A stretch of DNA of 32,000 bases from Longivirga aurantiaca (GTDB taxonomy: Bacteria > Actinomycetota > Actinomycetes > S36-B12 > CAIYMF01): the NCBI RefSeq assembly GCF_042660085.1, contig NZ_JBHSTI010000008.1, forward strand, positions 1,839,876 through 1,871,875, written 5' to 3'. Numbering within the stretch: position 1 is the first letter of the stretch; the number at the start of each line of letters is the position of its first letter. Shown here in pieces: positions 8,362 through 17,902 of the stretch. The notes below the pieces were generated by a model that was not told the origin of the DNA, searched no databases, and was given only the letters and a program-made list of their open reading frames with translations. The position numbers were made by a program, and so were the translations under genes.

Positions 8362-8955
8362 ATGACCACGTCAGAGCCCATCGGCGACATCATTGGCGAC
8401 TACCGGGCGTTTGCCGAGCTGCAGCGCCACCGTCTGCTGGACAGAGGCGTCGACATCGCGGGCTACCCCCTCAGCCACCTCGCGGTCCGCGTGGCGGACT
8501 GGGACCTGTACGTGCATCAGCGCGCACTTCTCGAGCGTCACGCGACGGCGAACAGCGAGAACCTCTGGAACGGGCGGCCGATCTCCTTGATCGTGCTCGC
8601 CGAGCCGCTCACTGTTCTTGACGGTGCACCGCTGTCGGTCATCGAGCTCATCCCGCCGGTGCATCAACGCGTCTATCGCATGGGCCTCGAGCACCTGGGG
8701 GTCGTGGTCGGTGACGACGTGGACGACTTCGCACGGACTCACAGGGCAGCGCTGAGCGGCCAGCAGTTCCAGAGCGCCGAGGTGGAGCCGTACTACGTCC
8801 TCTTCGAGGACTTCACCCATGTGAAGTTCTATCGCCGTTCCCTGTACGAAGGTGCTCTGAGCCAGGGGGCGCGCTTCGAGGGCTTCACCCACGTCGAGAA
8901 CTGGGTCCCACAGCGTCTGGTCACCGCCACCGGGCCGAACCCGTTGCCTCGGTGA
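8362..8955 (+). CDS. YecM-like protein (VOC-like fold)
   Basis: ATG at 8362 with GGAGGG upstream. ...HLAVRVADWDLYVHQRALLERHATANSENLWNGRPISLIVLAEPL..., IELIPPVHQRVYRMGLEHLGVVVGDDVDDF..., FTHVKFYRRSLYE parallels the E. coli YecM layout (ENMINGRPICLFKL, GWEHIEIVL, TIKFHPWS). Confidence 0.65.
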   Translation: MTTSEPIGDIIGDYRAFAELQRHRLLDRGVDIAGYPLSHLAVRVADWDLYVHQRALLERHATANSENLWNGRPISLIVLAEPLTVLDGAPLSVIELIPPVHQRVYRMGLEHLGVVVGDDVDDFARTHRAALSGQQFQSAEVEPYYVLFEDFTHVKFYRRSLYEGALSQGARFEGFTHVENWVPQRLVTATGPNPLPR

Positions 8956-9033
8956 GCGGAATCTGCTGTCCCGCCGTACTGCTTGCGGGCGAGGTGTCCC
9001 TTCGACATGGCCGACTGATGGAGGAAGGTTCCG

Positions 9034-9435
9034 ATGCAGACCCGATCGTTCCCTACCGCCCCCGAGGCCCGCTCGCCCGCCGGAGCCGAGATCCGTTTCC
9101 TCATCGAAGGCGACGCCGGCGGGGTCATCCACTCGACCGTCCCGCCGGGCCAGGTGAACCGAGCGACCGTCCACGCCACCGTGAGCGAGCTGTGGCACGT
9201 CCTGTCGGGCGAAGGACGGCTGTGGCGCCGTGACGCCAATGAGGAGGAGCTGACCCCGCTCCGCAGAGGGGTATCGATCGACATCCCCGTCGGGACGGAG
9301 TTCCAGTACCGCTGCGACGGGGCGGAACCTCTCCGGTTCGTATGCATCACGATGCCGCCCTGGCCCGGCAGCGGCGAAGCGACCTTCGTCGAGGGGCCGT
9401 GGGAGCCGAACGCCCCCGCCGGGGGCTGGAGCTGA
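9034..9435 (+). CDS. Cupin-domain protein
   Basis: ...VPPGQVNRATVHATVSELWHVLSGEGRLWRRDANEEELTPLRRGVSIDIPVGTEFQYRCDGAEPLRFVCITMPPWPG, both cupin motifs. Confidence 0.88.
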   Translation: MQTRSFPTAPEARSPAGAEIRFLIEGDAGGVIHSTVPPGQVNRATVHATVSELWHVLSGEGRLWRRDANEEELTPLRRGVSIDIPVGTEFQYRCDGAEPLRFVCITMPPWPGSGEATFVEGPWEPNAPAGGWS

Positions 9436-9489
9436 CTCCGCCGAAACTCCGTCCGCGGCCCCCGGCCCGATCGGAGGCCCCGTCCACGA

Positions 9490-10164
9490 TCAGGTGAGGC
9501 GGCGGCGTACGACGATGAGCAGCTGCACCAGCGCCACAGCACCGATGCCGACGGAGGCCCACGCCCCGAGCGAGGCCCAGAACGAGGCGGACGCCGGGTA
9601 GATCCCTGCCGCGAGAAGGAACATCGCCACCACGATCACCCGCGTCGGCCGTTCGCCGATCGTGACGACTCCGACGTCGTCCATGCCGATGGCGGTCGCA
9701 CGGGCGCGCGCGTACTCCTGCGTGAACAGCAGCACGCCCGCGAGCAGGCACGCGACCGGTGGCGCACCCACGACCCACAGCGCCACGAGAAACACGACGT
9801 CGGAGACCCGGTCGACCACGGAGTCGAGCACAGCGCCCCAGCGCGTCTCGCGGCCGGTCATCACCGCGACCGCGCCGTCGAGGGAGTCGGTCAGGCCCGA
9901 GAGGCCGACCACGACGGCGGCGAGAATCACCCAGCGGTCGCCGAGCGTGCAGAGCCACACCGCGAGCACCGAGACGAGGCCGCCCAGCAGCGTGACGACG
10001 TCCGGCGGCACCCTGAGCCGGGCGAACGGCGTCGCCACGGCGTGCACCACCGTGAGCCACGGACCGACGATGCGCGAGGTGCGCGGGTCGTAGCCGCCGT
10101 GCAGCGTCGACCAGCGGTCGAGGTACTCCTCGCGCGACAGGACGCTGCGGCTCACGCGTCGCAA
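9490..10164 (-). CDS. CDP-alcohol phosphatidyltransferase family membrane protein
   Basis: LTDSLDGAVAVMTGRETRWGAVLDSVVDRVSD, i.e. the DGxxA-x9-GxxxDxxxD active-site spacing, plus multiple TM segments. Confidence 0.88.
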   Translation of the reverse strand: MRRVSRSVLSREEYLDRWSTLHGGYDPRTSRIVGPWLTVVHAVATPFARLRVPPDVVTLLGGLVSVLAVWLCTLGDRWVILAAVVVGLSGLTDSLDGAVAVMTGRETRWGAVLDSVVDRVSDVVFLVALWVVGAPPVACLLAGVLLFTQEYARARATAIGMDDVGVVTIGERPTRVIVVAMFLLAAGIYPASASFWASLGAWASVGIGAVALVQLLIVVRRRLT

Positions 10165-10208
10165 CCTAGCGCCGTCCGCCCCACGCCGCCCTCACCCACC
10201 CGCTGAGC

Positions 10209-10255
10209 CTGATCAATCCGCGGCTTCCCGGCCCCGGAAACGACGGATCGATCAG
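10209..10255. terminator. Imperfect long hairpin downstream of the SIMPL-domain gene
   Basis: CTGATCAATCCGCGGCTTCC...GGAAACGACGGATCGATCAG; 5' and 3' halves complementary with a few mismatches; just past the stop of 10272..10901(-). Confidence 0.55.
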
Positions 10256-10271
10256 TGTGAGCGAGAAGGGG

Positions 10272-10901
10272 CTAGACCGAGGGGCCGAGCGCCCACGTGA
10301 CGGTGACGACGGCGTTCACACTGCCCTCGCCGCCGTCCACCGGCATGCCGCCGCCGGAGTCGGCTGCGGCCATCGCCATCATCCGCCTCGGCATGCCGCC
10401 GCCGCCGATCTCGGCCTCGGCGATGTGCCGCACCTCGCCGAGCGCCTGGCCCGCGAGCCCTGCGTACTGCTCGGCCTTGGCCCGGGCGTTCGCGTACGCG
10501 GCATCGCGCGCGGCCGACTCGAGCCCGGCAGCGTCGTCGTGCGAGAACGAGATGCCGTCGACCCGGGCGCCGTCGCCGCCTGCCTGCACCGCGGCGACGA
10601 GCATCGAGCCGACGTGCTCGAGGTCGGTCGTGCGCACGGCGAGCGACAGCGAGGCCTCGTACGCCACCACGGTCGGCCACGGGTCGTGCACGGGGTTCAG
10701 CGAGACGCTGGTCGTGGCCAGCGTGCGCTCGTCGGCGCCGCCGCGTACGACGGCCTCACGCATCGCCTGCATCGCGTACGACGCGCGCGCGGTGGCGTCG
10801 GACGGGTTCGCCGCCCGAGCGGACGCCGCGAGGTTGAGGGTGGCGACGTCGTACGGCGCGCTCGCGCGCCCACGACCGGTGACGGTGACGGATCGGCCCA
10901 T
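10272..10901 (-). CDS. SIMPL-domain (DUF541) protein
   Basis: MGRSVTVTGRGRASAPYDVATLNLAASARAANPSDATARASYAMQAMREAVVRGGADERTLATTSVSLNPVHD..., ...ARAKAEQYAGLAGQALGEVRHIAEA. Confidence 0.88.
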   Translation of the reverse strand: MGRSVTVTGRGRASAPYDVATLNLAASARAANPSDATARASYAMQAMREAVVRGGADERTLATTSVSLNPVHDPWPTVVAYEASLSLAVRTTDLEHVGSMLVAAVQAGGDGARVDGISFSHDDAAGLESAARDAAYANARAKAEQYAGLAGQALGEVRHIAEAEIGGGGMPRRMMAMAAADSGGGMPVDGGEGSVNAVVTVTWALGPSV

Positions 10902-10927
10902 GCCCCGATCCTGCCCCACCCGGGACG

Positions 10928-11845
10928 TCAGGCGGAGGCGGAGGCGCCGAGACCGAGGCCGGTGTAGATCTCGCGCGCGGAGGTCGATCGGTTGAGCGTG
11001 AAGAAGTGCAGACCGGGCGCACCGCCGTCGAGCAGCTCCTGGCACAGGTCGGACGCCGCCTCGACGCCGAGCGCGTGCACCGCGTCCGGGTCGTCGGCGA
11101 CGGCGCGGAACCGAGCGGCGAGGTCGTCGGGAAACGCCGTGCCCGACAGGATCGCGAACCGCTCGAGCTGGTTGATGTTGGTGAGCGGCATGATCCCGGG
11201 CAGGACGGGGATGGTGCACCCGAGGGCACGGGCGCGCTCGATCATCGCGAAGTAGTGGGACGCCTCGAAGAACATCTGGGTGACGGCGAACTCCGCGCCG
11301 GCCTCCTGCTTGGCCAGCAGCACGCGCGCGTCGTCGTCGAGGGACGCCGACTCCGGGTGACGCTCGGGGAACGCCGCGACTCCGACCGAGAAGTCGCCGA
11401 GCGACCGCACGAGGGTCACGAGCTCGTCGGCGTGGGCGAGGCCCTCGGGGTGCTGCTCCCACGGCGAGCCGGGACCGCCGGGCGGGTCGCCGCGCAGCGC
11501 GAGCACGTTGCGCACGCCGGCATCGGCGTACGACCCGATCACCGACCGCAGCTCCGCCACGCTCGACCCCACGCAGGTGAGGTGCCCCATCGGCAGCAGG
11601 GTCGTCTCCTCGGCGATCCGCTGCGTGATGCGCACCGTGCGGTCGCGGGTGGAGCCGCCGGCGCCGTACGTGACCGACACGAAGGTCGGCCGCAGGCCCT
11701 CGAGCTCGCGGATCGCCTGCCAGAGCAGGCGCTCGCCGTCGTCGGTCTTGGGCGGGAAGAACTCGAACGAGAACGAGTGCCCGCCGGCCGCCAGCAGTGC
11801 GCCCACGGTGGGGGGCGACGGCGTGCCGGGCGTGGTGGCGGACAT
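10928..11845 (-). CDS. metF: Methylenetetrahydrofolate reductase
   Basis: FSFEFFPPKTDDGERLLWQAIRELEGLRPTFVSVTYGAGGSTRDRTV..., HLTCVGSS..., NVLALRGDPPGG, ...AGAEFAVTQMFFEASHYF, GIMPLTNINQLERFA. Confidence 0.97.
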   Translation of the reverse strand: MSATTPGTPSPPTVGALLAAGGHSFSFEFFPPKTDDGERLLWQAIRELEGLRPTFVSVTYGAGGSTRDRTVRITQRIAEETTLLPMGHLTCVGSSVAELRSVIGSYADAGVRNVLALRGDPPGGPGSPWEQHPEGLAHADELVTLVRSLGDFSVGVAAFPERHPESASLDDDARVLLAKQEAGAEFAVTQMFFEASHYFAMIERARALGCTIPVLPGIMPLTNINQLERFAILSGTAFPDDLAARFRAVADDPDAVHALGVEAASDLCQELLDGGAPGLHFFTLNRSTSAREIYTGLGLGASASA

Positions 11846-11965
11846 GCGACGAGGGTACGGCGTGCCCACGCCTCGGACCCCCGCGGTCCGCATGGTGAAC
11901 GACCGGTGAGGTAGGTGCGGCCTCTGGTGGTGCCCGGACGGGCCGCTCCCTCTACGCTTCGAGGC

Positions 11966-13039
11966 ATGACCACGGGGACCTCGCCGCTCGACGCGGAGGA
12001 CCTGCGCGTCCGTGTCCAGAAGCGGCTCGACGACTTCCTCGCCCAGCAGCTGCCGGTGCTCGACGACGTGAGCCCCGACCTCGCCCCGCTCTCCGAGGCC
12101 CTCACCGACCTGCTGCGCGGCGGCAAGCGCCTGCGCCCGGCCTTCGCCTACTGGGGCTGGCGCGGGGCCGGCGGCGCCGACTGCGAGGAGGCCATGGCTG
12201 CGGCCACCTCGCTCGAGCTGCTCCAGGCCTGCGCCCTGATCCACGACGACGTCATGGACGGCAGCGACACGCGTCGCGGTCTCCCCGCGGCCCACCGCCG
12301 CTTCGCGACGCTGCACCGGGGCAACGAGTGGCTCGGCTCGCCGGAGGCGTTCGGCGTCGGGGCGGCGATCCTTCTCGGCGACCTGTGCCTGTCGTGGGCC
12401 GACGAGCTCCTCATGTCGTGCGGCCTCCCGACCGACGCCGTGATGCGCGGCAAACGGGTGTACGACGTGATGCGCACCGAGCTCATGGCCGGCCAGTACC
12501 TCGACCTGCTCGAGCAGGCTATGGGCGGCGGGTCGGAGGCGCGCGCGATGCGCGTGGTGCGTTTCAAGTCCGCGAAGTACACGATCGAGCGACCGCTGCA
12601 CCTCGGTGCCGCGCTCGCCGGCGCGCCCGAGGAGACCTTCGTCGCCTACTCCGGGTACGGCCTGCCGCTCGGCGAGGCGTTCCAGCTGCGCGACGACGTG
12701 CTCGGTGTCTTCGGCGACCCCGCCCAGACGGGCAAGCCCGCCGGCGACGACCTGCGCGAGGGCAAGCGCACGGTGCTGGTAGCCGCGGCTGTCGAGGCGT
12801 CGAGCCCGGCCCAGGCTGCATTGATCCGACGGCACCTCGGCGATCCGGCCCTCGACGCGACGGGCGTGGCCGCCCTGCGCGAGGTCATCACCGACACGGG
12901 TGCGCTCGGGCACGTGGAGCGGCTCATCGACGCGCTCACCGACCAGTGCTTCCGGGCGCTCGGCTCGGCCGACATCGACGACGACGCACGCGAAGTCCTC
13001 CGCGGACTCGCCCACGCGGCGACCTCGCGCTCTATGTAG
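11966..13039 (+). CDS. crtE: Polyprenyl synthetase (geranylgeranyl diphosphate synthase)
   Basis: GGKRLRPAFAYWGWR, first Asp-rich motif LIHDDVMDGSDTRRG, GDLCLSWADELL, second motif FQLRDDVLGVFGD. Confidence 0.95.
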   Translation: MTTGTSPLDAEDLRVRVQKRLDDFLAQQLPVLDDVSPDLAPLSEALTDLLRGGKRLRPAFAYWGWRGAGGADCEEAMAAATSLELLQACALIHDDVMDGSDTRRGLPAAHRRFATLHRGNEWLGSPEAFGVGAAILLGDLCLSWADELLMSCGLPTDAVMRGKRVYDVMRTELMAGQYLDLLEQAMGGGSEARAMRVVRFKSAKYTIERPLHLGAALAGAPEETFVAYSGYGLPLGEAFQLRDDVLGVFGDPAQTGKPAGDDLREGKRTVLVAAAVEASSPAQAALIRRHLGDPALDATGVAALREVITDTGALGHVERLIDALTDQCFRALGSADIDDDAREVLRGLAHAATSRSM

Positions 13040-13192
13040 CAGGATGGGCGGTGCTCGAGACCCGGCCAGCGCGACATCCCCCTGCTTCGTCCATCTTCGC
13101 CCCGCTGCAACGTGCTCCCCAGGCGTTGCGTCGCGAGTCACAAGCGCCCTTCTCAGCAGGCTGAAACTGGCGTCCGTCCTTAGGGTTGACCC

Positions 13193-14713
13193 ATGTCCCT
13201 GCTCAACCGCTCGCCCCGCACCGTCACCGGACCGACCGACCACGTGGTCGTGGTGGGGGCGGGCCTCGCGGGGCTCTCGGCGGCCCTGCGCCTCGCCGCC
13301 GCCGGCCGCCAGGTGACGGTCCTCGAGCGCGAGTCGGTGCCCGGGGGCCGGGCCGGGCTGATCGAGGACTCCGGCTACCGTTTCGACACCGGCCCGACCG
13401 TCCTCACGATGCCCGACCTCATCCACGACGCCTTCGCGGCCGTCGGCGAGAACATGGACGACTGGCTCGACCTCGTGCCGGTCGAGCCGCTGTACCGCGC
13501 GTTCTACCCGGACGGCTCGCAGCTCGACGTGCACTCGGACGTCGACGCCATGGCGGCCGAGATCGAGCAGGTCATCTCGCCCGCCGAGGCTGCGGGCTAC
13601 CGCAGGTACGTCGACTTCGTCTCCAAGCTCTACCGCTACGAGATGAAGGACTTCATCGACACCAACATCGACTCCCCCGTCGACCTGCTCACGGAGAACC
13701 TCGCCAAGCTGGTGGCGATCGGCGGCTTCCGCAAGCTCACGCCGAAGGTGCGGCAGTACCTCAACGACCCGCGCACCGAGCGGCTCTTCAGCTTCCAGGC
13801 CATGTACGCCGGTCTCTCCCCGCAGGACGCCCTCGCCATCTACGCGATCATCGCCTACATGGACTCCGTCGCCGGGGTCTACTTCCCCAAGGGCGGCATG
13901 CACGCCCTGCCCCGCGGCCTTGCCGGCGCGGCGGAGAAGCACGGGGTCGTGTTCCGCTACAACACCGAGGTCACGCGCGTCGAGATGCACGGCGACCGCG
14001 CCGTGGCCGTGCACACGGCGGACGGCGAGCGCATCGCCGCCGACGTCGTCGTCCTCAACCCCGACCTGCCCGTGGCGTACAAGCAGCTGCTCGGGCGCGA
14101 GCCGTGGAACGTCCGCCGTCTCACCTACTCGCCGTCGTGCTTCCTGCTCCTCGCCGGGTCGTCGGCGACGTACACGAAGACGGCGCACCACAACATCCAC
14201 TTCGGGCGCAGCTGGAACGGCGTCTTCCGCGAGCTGATCGACGAGAAGCGGCTCATGACCGACCCCAGCATCCTCGTGACGAACCCGACCTACTCCGACC
14301 CGGGCCTCGCCCCGGACGGCAAGCAGATCTACTACGTGCTGTTCCCGACACCCAACCTCGACGCCGGCATCGACTGGCGCACCGAAGGGCCCCGCTACCG
14401 GGACGAGATCGTGCGCACGCTCGAGGAGCGCGGCTACATCGGCTTCGGCGACGGCATCGAGCTCGAGCACGTCACGACACCGCTCGACTGGCAGGCCCGC
14501 GGGATGGAGCGCGGCGCCCCCTTCGCGGCCGCGCACTCGTTCCAGCAGACCGGGCCGTTCCGCCCGTCGAACCTCTTCGGCGAGAACGTCGTGTTCACCG
14601 GGTCGGGCACCCAGCCCGGCGTGGGCGTGCCCATGGTGCTGGTGTCCGGTCGCCTCGCGGCCGAACGCATCACCGGGCTCGACCGGTCGTACAAGCCCAC
14701 GTACCTGCACTAA
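13193..14713 (+). CDS. crtI: Phytoene desaturase
   Basis: VVVVGAGLAGLSAALRLAAAGRQVTVLERESVPGGRAG...GYRFDTGPTVLTMPDL..., GVYFPKGGMHALPRGLAGAAEKHGV, C-terminal FTGSGTQPGVGVPMVLVSGRLAAERI. Confidence 0.95.
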   Translation: MSLLNRSPRTVTGPTDHVVVVGAGLAGLSAALRLAAAGRQVTVLERESVPGGRAGLIEDSGYRFDTGPTVLTMPDLIHDAFAAVGENMDDWLDLVPVEPLYRAFYPDGSQLDVHSDVDAMAAEIEQVISPAEAAGYRRYVDFVSKLYRYEMKDFIDTNIDSPVDLLTENLAKLVAIGGFRKLTPKVRQYLNDPRTERLFSFQAMYAGLSPQDALAIYAIIAYMDSVAGVYFPKGGMHALPRGLAGAAEKHGVVFRYNTEVTRVEMHGDRAVAVHTADGERIAADVVVLNPDLPVAYKQLLGREPWNVRRLTYSPSCFLLLAGSSATYTKTAHHNIHFGRSWNGVFRELIDEKRLMTDPSILVTNPTYSDPGLAPDGKQIYYVLFPTPNLDAGIDWRTEGPRYRDEIVRTLEERGYIGFGDGIELEHVTTPLDWQARGMERGAPFAAAHSFQQTGPFRPSNLFGENVVFTGSGTQPGVGVPMVLVSGRLAAERITGLDRSYKPTYLH

Positions 14714-14721
14714 CCCGGGGC

Positions 14722-14739
14722 GGTGCCCGCACGGGCACC
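14722..14739. terminator. GC-rich hairpin after crtI
   Basis: GGTGCCC (14722-14728)-GCAC-GGGCACC (14733-14739), 8 nt after the TAA at 14711-14713. Confidence 0.5.
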
Positions 14740-14854
14740 CAGAGTGACCTCGGTCCGCATACTGGGACGTAACGCCCGCGCGCGACGCAGATCACCCGCA
14801 CACCGGACACATCGCGTTCGGACGTGGGCGTGATGCGCTTGTACCCTCGTGATC

Positions 14855-16417
14855 ATGGCCGGTGGTGACGTGTACGGGGGCGCGTCCGAGGACACGCGCC
14901 TGCACTTCGCCCTGCGGTACGCCCTCGGCGGCTTCGTCGCCTCGACGGTGCTCGCGATCGGGTCGATCGGTGTGGGCTGGCTGCCCCTCGAGGGCGTCGC
15001 CACCATCCCCTTCGTCGAGGCGATGCGGCACGAGGGCGTCGGGCTCCTCGTGTCCCGCGCCTGCGTGATCGTCGGCGGCGCCCTGCTCCTGCAGGCGTGG
15101 CTGGTGCTCGGCGCCGACATCCTCGGCGGCCACGTGCGCGACGTACGCCGGCTGTGGAAGGTGCTCGCCCTCTGGTGCGCGCCTCTGCTGTTCGCGCCGC
15201 CGCTGTTCAGCCGTGACGCGTACTCGTACTTCATGCAGGGCAAGCTCGTGCTCGCCGGCGGCGACCCCTACACGCAGGGCGTCGAGTCGATCCCGGGCTG
15301 GTTCACCAGCGGCGTCGACCCGCTCTGGCGCGACACCCCCACGCCGTACGGCCCCGTGTTCGTCACCCTGTCGCGCGGCGTGGCGGCGCTCGTCGGCGAC
15401 AACGCGTACCTCGCGGTCGTGGTGTTCCGCGTGCTCGCCCTCGCCGGTGTGGCGCTCATGGCCTACTACATCCCGCGGCTCGCGTTCCACAGCGGCATCG
15501 ACGGGTCGAAGGCTCTGTGGCTCGGTGTCATGAACCCGCTCGTGCTGATGCACTTCGTGGCCGGAGTGCACAACGACGCGATCATGGTGGGCTTCATCGT
15601 GGCGGGCCTCTGCCTCGTGATCGAGGGCAGGGGCATCACCGGCATCGTGCTGGTCACGATCGCCGCGATGGTCAAGCCCATCGCGTTCCTGGCGATCCCG
15701 TTCGTCGCGATCGCCTGGGCCGGCACGACCCAGGACTTCCGTGCCCGGCTCTGGGCGTGGACCAAGGCGTTCGGCGTCGTCGTGCTGACGTACGGCGTCA
15801 TCGCGCTCTCGGTGGGAGCGAGTCTCGGCTGGATCCGCGCCCTCACCACCCCGGGCGAGGTGCGCACGTGGCTGTCGCCCGCGACGGCGCTCGGCATGGC
15901 GAGCGGCAACCTGCTGTCGTGGGTGGGCCTCGGCGACCACCACGACCTCACGGTGGGCATCTTCCGGGCGATCGGGATGCTCGCGGCCGTGGCGATCGTG
16001 GCCTACCTCCTGCTGAAGCCCGAGGGCCGCTCGGTGCCGCGCGGGATGATGCTCGCGTTCCTCGCCGTCGTCGCGCTGGGCCCGGTCGTGCAGCCCTGGT
16101 ACCTCCTCTGGGTGCTTCCGCTCGCGGCGGCATCCGGCCTGTCGGCGCGCGAGCTGCGCGTCGTCCTGCTGCTGGTGGCGGGCTTCACGATCTACGGGCT
16201 GTGGGAGACCAGCGCGTCCGCGGACACCTACTTCGACCTCGGTGACGGGCTCGCGATGATCGCCGCCGCGGTCGCCGTCGCCATCGCCGTGGCGATCTCG
16301 CCGCGCGAGCGTGCCCTGCTCTTCGGCGGCCCTGTCGCGCACGGGCTCGTGCCCGAGGACGCCCCGGCCGCGGCCCGCCGCGAGCGGCTCGTCGTGCGGG
16401 CACCGGAGCACGCATGA
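14855..16417 (+). CDS. mptA/mptB-like: Polyprenol-phosphate-mannose-dependent alpha-1,6-mannosyltransferase, MptA/MptB family
   Basis: Multi-TM GT-C protein with PPLFSRDAYSYFMQGKLVLAGGDPYTQGV..., DTPTPYGPVFVTLSRGVAALVG, VMNPLVLMHFVAGVHNDAIMVG, VVQPWYLLWVLPL. Confidence 0.88.
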   Translation: MAGGDVYGGASEDTRLHFALRYALGGFVASTVLAIGSIGVGWLPLEGVATIPFVEAMRHEGVGLLVSRACVIVGGALLLQAWLVLGADILGGHVRDVRRLWKVLALWCAPLLFAPPLFSRDAYSYFMQGKLVLAGGDPYTQGVESIPGWFTSGVDPLWRDTPTPYGPVFVTLSRGVAALVGDNAYLAVVVFRVLALAGVALMAYYIPRLAFHSGIDGSKALWLGVMNPLVLMHFVAGVHNDAIMVGFIVAGLCLVIEGRGITGIVLVTIAAMVKPIAFLAIPFVAIAWAGTTQDFRARLWAWTKAFGVVVLTYGVIALSVGASLGWIRALTTPGEVRTWLSPATALGMASGNLLSWVGLGDHHDLTVGIFRAIGMLAAVAIVAYLLLKPEGRSVPRGMMLAFLAVVALGPVVQPWYLLWVLPLAAASGLSARELRVVLLLVAGFTIYGLWETSASADTYFDLGDGLAMIAAAVAVAIAVAISPRERALLFGGPVAHGLVPEDAPAAARRERLVVRAPEHA

Positions 16418-17838
16418 CCGAGCCGGCAACGCCGCCCGCGGAGGAGCCCAGCACCCCGCACGGCGCGGATCTCGACGACCTCGTCGCAGTGGTCGACAGC
16501 CCGACGACGCAGCAGCCCGGTGTCCGGGCGAGCCTGACCCGGCGACTGGTGTGGTTCATCGACCACGTCGCGCCCTGGATCGATCGGCTCGTGGGGCACG
16601 GCGCGCTGTGGAGCGGTCTGCGCCCCGGACGACGCGTGGCCGTCGGCTGGATCATCACCCGGCTCGTGATGCTCGCGCTGCTCGCCCTGCCCGAGCGGAC
16701 GATCATCAACGACGTCCTCTACTACGCCGACAACCTCGACAAGCTCAACGACGGCTCGCCCCTGACCGAGGTGCTCAAGGAGTACCCGCTGCCGGTCCTG
16801 CTGCTCCTCGGACTGCCGTGGGTGCTCTCGTTCGGCAACCACGTCGTCTACGCCACGCTGTTCGTGGGCATGATGCTGGCGCTCGACGCCGCCTTCTGCC
16901 GCCTGCTCTACGTGCGGGCGGGCAAGCAGCAGAGCCCCGCGGTCACTCTCTGGCTCGCGTCCGCGCCGATGATGGGCCCGCTCATGGTCACGCGGTTCGA
17001 CATCGTGCCCGGGATCCTCGCCGGCGCGTCGGTGCTGCTGCTCGAGCGGCGCCCGCGCCTGGCCACGGTGCTCATCGCGGCCGGAGCGGCCATCAAGCTC
17101 TGGCCGGCCGTGCTTCTCCCAGCGCTGGCGGCGCCGGCCGCCACCCGGTGGCGGGTGGTCCGCACCACGGTCGTGTCGGGCCTCGTGATCGCCGGCGCGA
17201 TCGTGTGGGCCGGCGGGCTCGACCGCCTGCTCACCCCGCTCACCTGGCAGGGCGACCGCGGGCTGCAGATCGAGTCCGTGCCCGCCCTTCCGCTCATGAT
17301 CGCGTGGGCCTTCACGCACGACCCGTGGGTCGTGGACTTCACCCGCTTCATCACCTCCGAGGTCTGGGGGCCGGGCGACCGGTTCCTCATCACGCTCGCG
17401 ACCATCGCCACGGCCGCGTCGCTCGTGGCGATGGCGGCGCTGTGGCTCCGGGCCTGGAAGCGCGGAGCGACGATCAGCGCCGAGACGGTCGGCTGGATCA
17501 TGCTCACGACCACCGGCCTGCTGATCCTCACCAACAAGGTGTTCAGCCCGCAGTACCTGCTGTGGCTCTCCCCCGTGGCGATCGCGATGGTGGCCGTCGC
17601 ACCGCGGGGCGACACCGGAGTTCGCCGCTTCGTCGTGCTCCTGCTGACGGTCGGGATCCTGACCCAGGTGATCTACCCGATCCTCTACCTCTGGGTGTCC
17701 GAGATCTACTGGGCCAACATCCCGGGCGTCATGCTGCTCGCCCTGCGCGACCTGTTCCTCGTCGGGTTCGTCGTCTATGCCTGGCGACGTGCGTGGAGCG
17801 AGACGTCTGCGGCGGCGGCGGAGACAGCCGCCGCCTGA
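16414..17838 (+). CDS. GT-C/GT87-like polyprenol-dependent glycosyltransferase, multi-TM
   Basis: Start overlaps the previous stop (ATGA, 16414-16417). NDVLYYADNLDKLNDGSPLTEVLKEYPLPVLLLLGLP..., LMVTRFDIVPGILAG, AIKLWPAVLL, LTWQGDRGLQIESVPALP, LILTNKVFSPQYLLWLSP. Confidence 0.85.
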   Translation: MTEPATPPAEEPSTPHGADLDDLVAVVDSPTTQQPGVRASLTRRLVWFIDHVAPWIDRLVGHGALWSGLRPGRRVAVGWIITRLVMLALLALPERTIINDVLYYADNLDKLNDGSPLTEVLKEYPLPVLLLLGLPWVLSFGNHVVYATLFVGMMLALDAAFCRLLYVRAGKQQSPAVTLWLASAPMMGPLMVTRFDIVPGILAGASVLLLERRPRLATVLIAAGAAIKLWPAVLLPALAAPAATRWRVVRTTVVSGLVIAGAIVWAGGLDRLLTPLTWQGDRGLQIESVPALPLMIAWAFTHDPWVVDFTRFITSEVWGPGDRFLITLATIATAASLVAMAALWLRAWKRGATISAETVGWIMLTTTGLLILTNKVFSPQYLLWLSPVAIAMVAVAPRGDTGVRRFVVLLLTVGILTQVIYPILYLWVSEIYWANIPGVMLLALRDLFLVGFVVYAWRRAWSETSAAAAETAAA

Positions 17839-17902
17839 TCGCTCTGCTACGGCCGGAGCGTCGCGCACCGCGCCGCGAAGCACGGCTGGGAGACTTCCGC
17901 AC

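Noticed and set aside
8950-9009. Minus-strand peptide MSKGHLARKQYGGTADSAHRG, looks superficially protein-like
   Set aside because: Lies across the short intergenic gap between YecM-like and cupin genes and continues antisense into them; no SD or family support.
13040-13192. Gap between crtE and crtI checked for a decayed crtB
   Set aside because: Only 153 nt, with no phytoene synthase motif in any frame; an intact crtB is at 20209.
10928-14710. 1260-aa minus-strand ORF from the six-frame track
   Set aside because: Only its end (11845-10928) is real metF; the remainder is antisense to crtE/crtI, with His/Arg/Val/Gly-biased composition typical of frame shadows in very GC-rich DNA.
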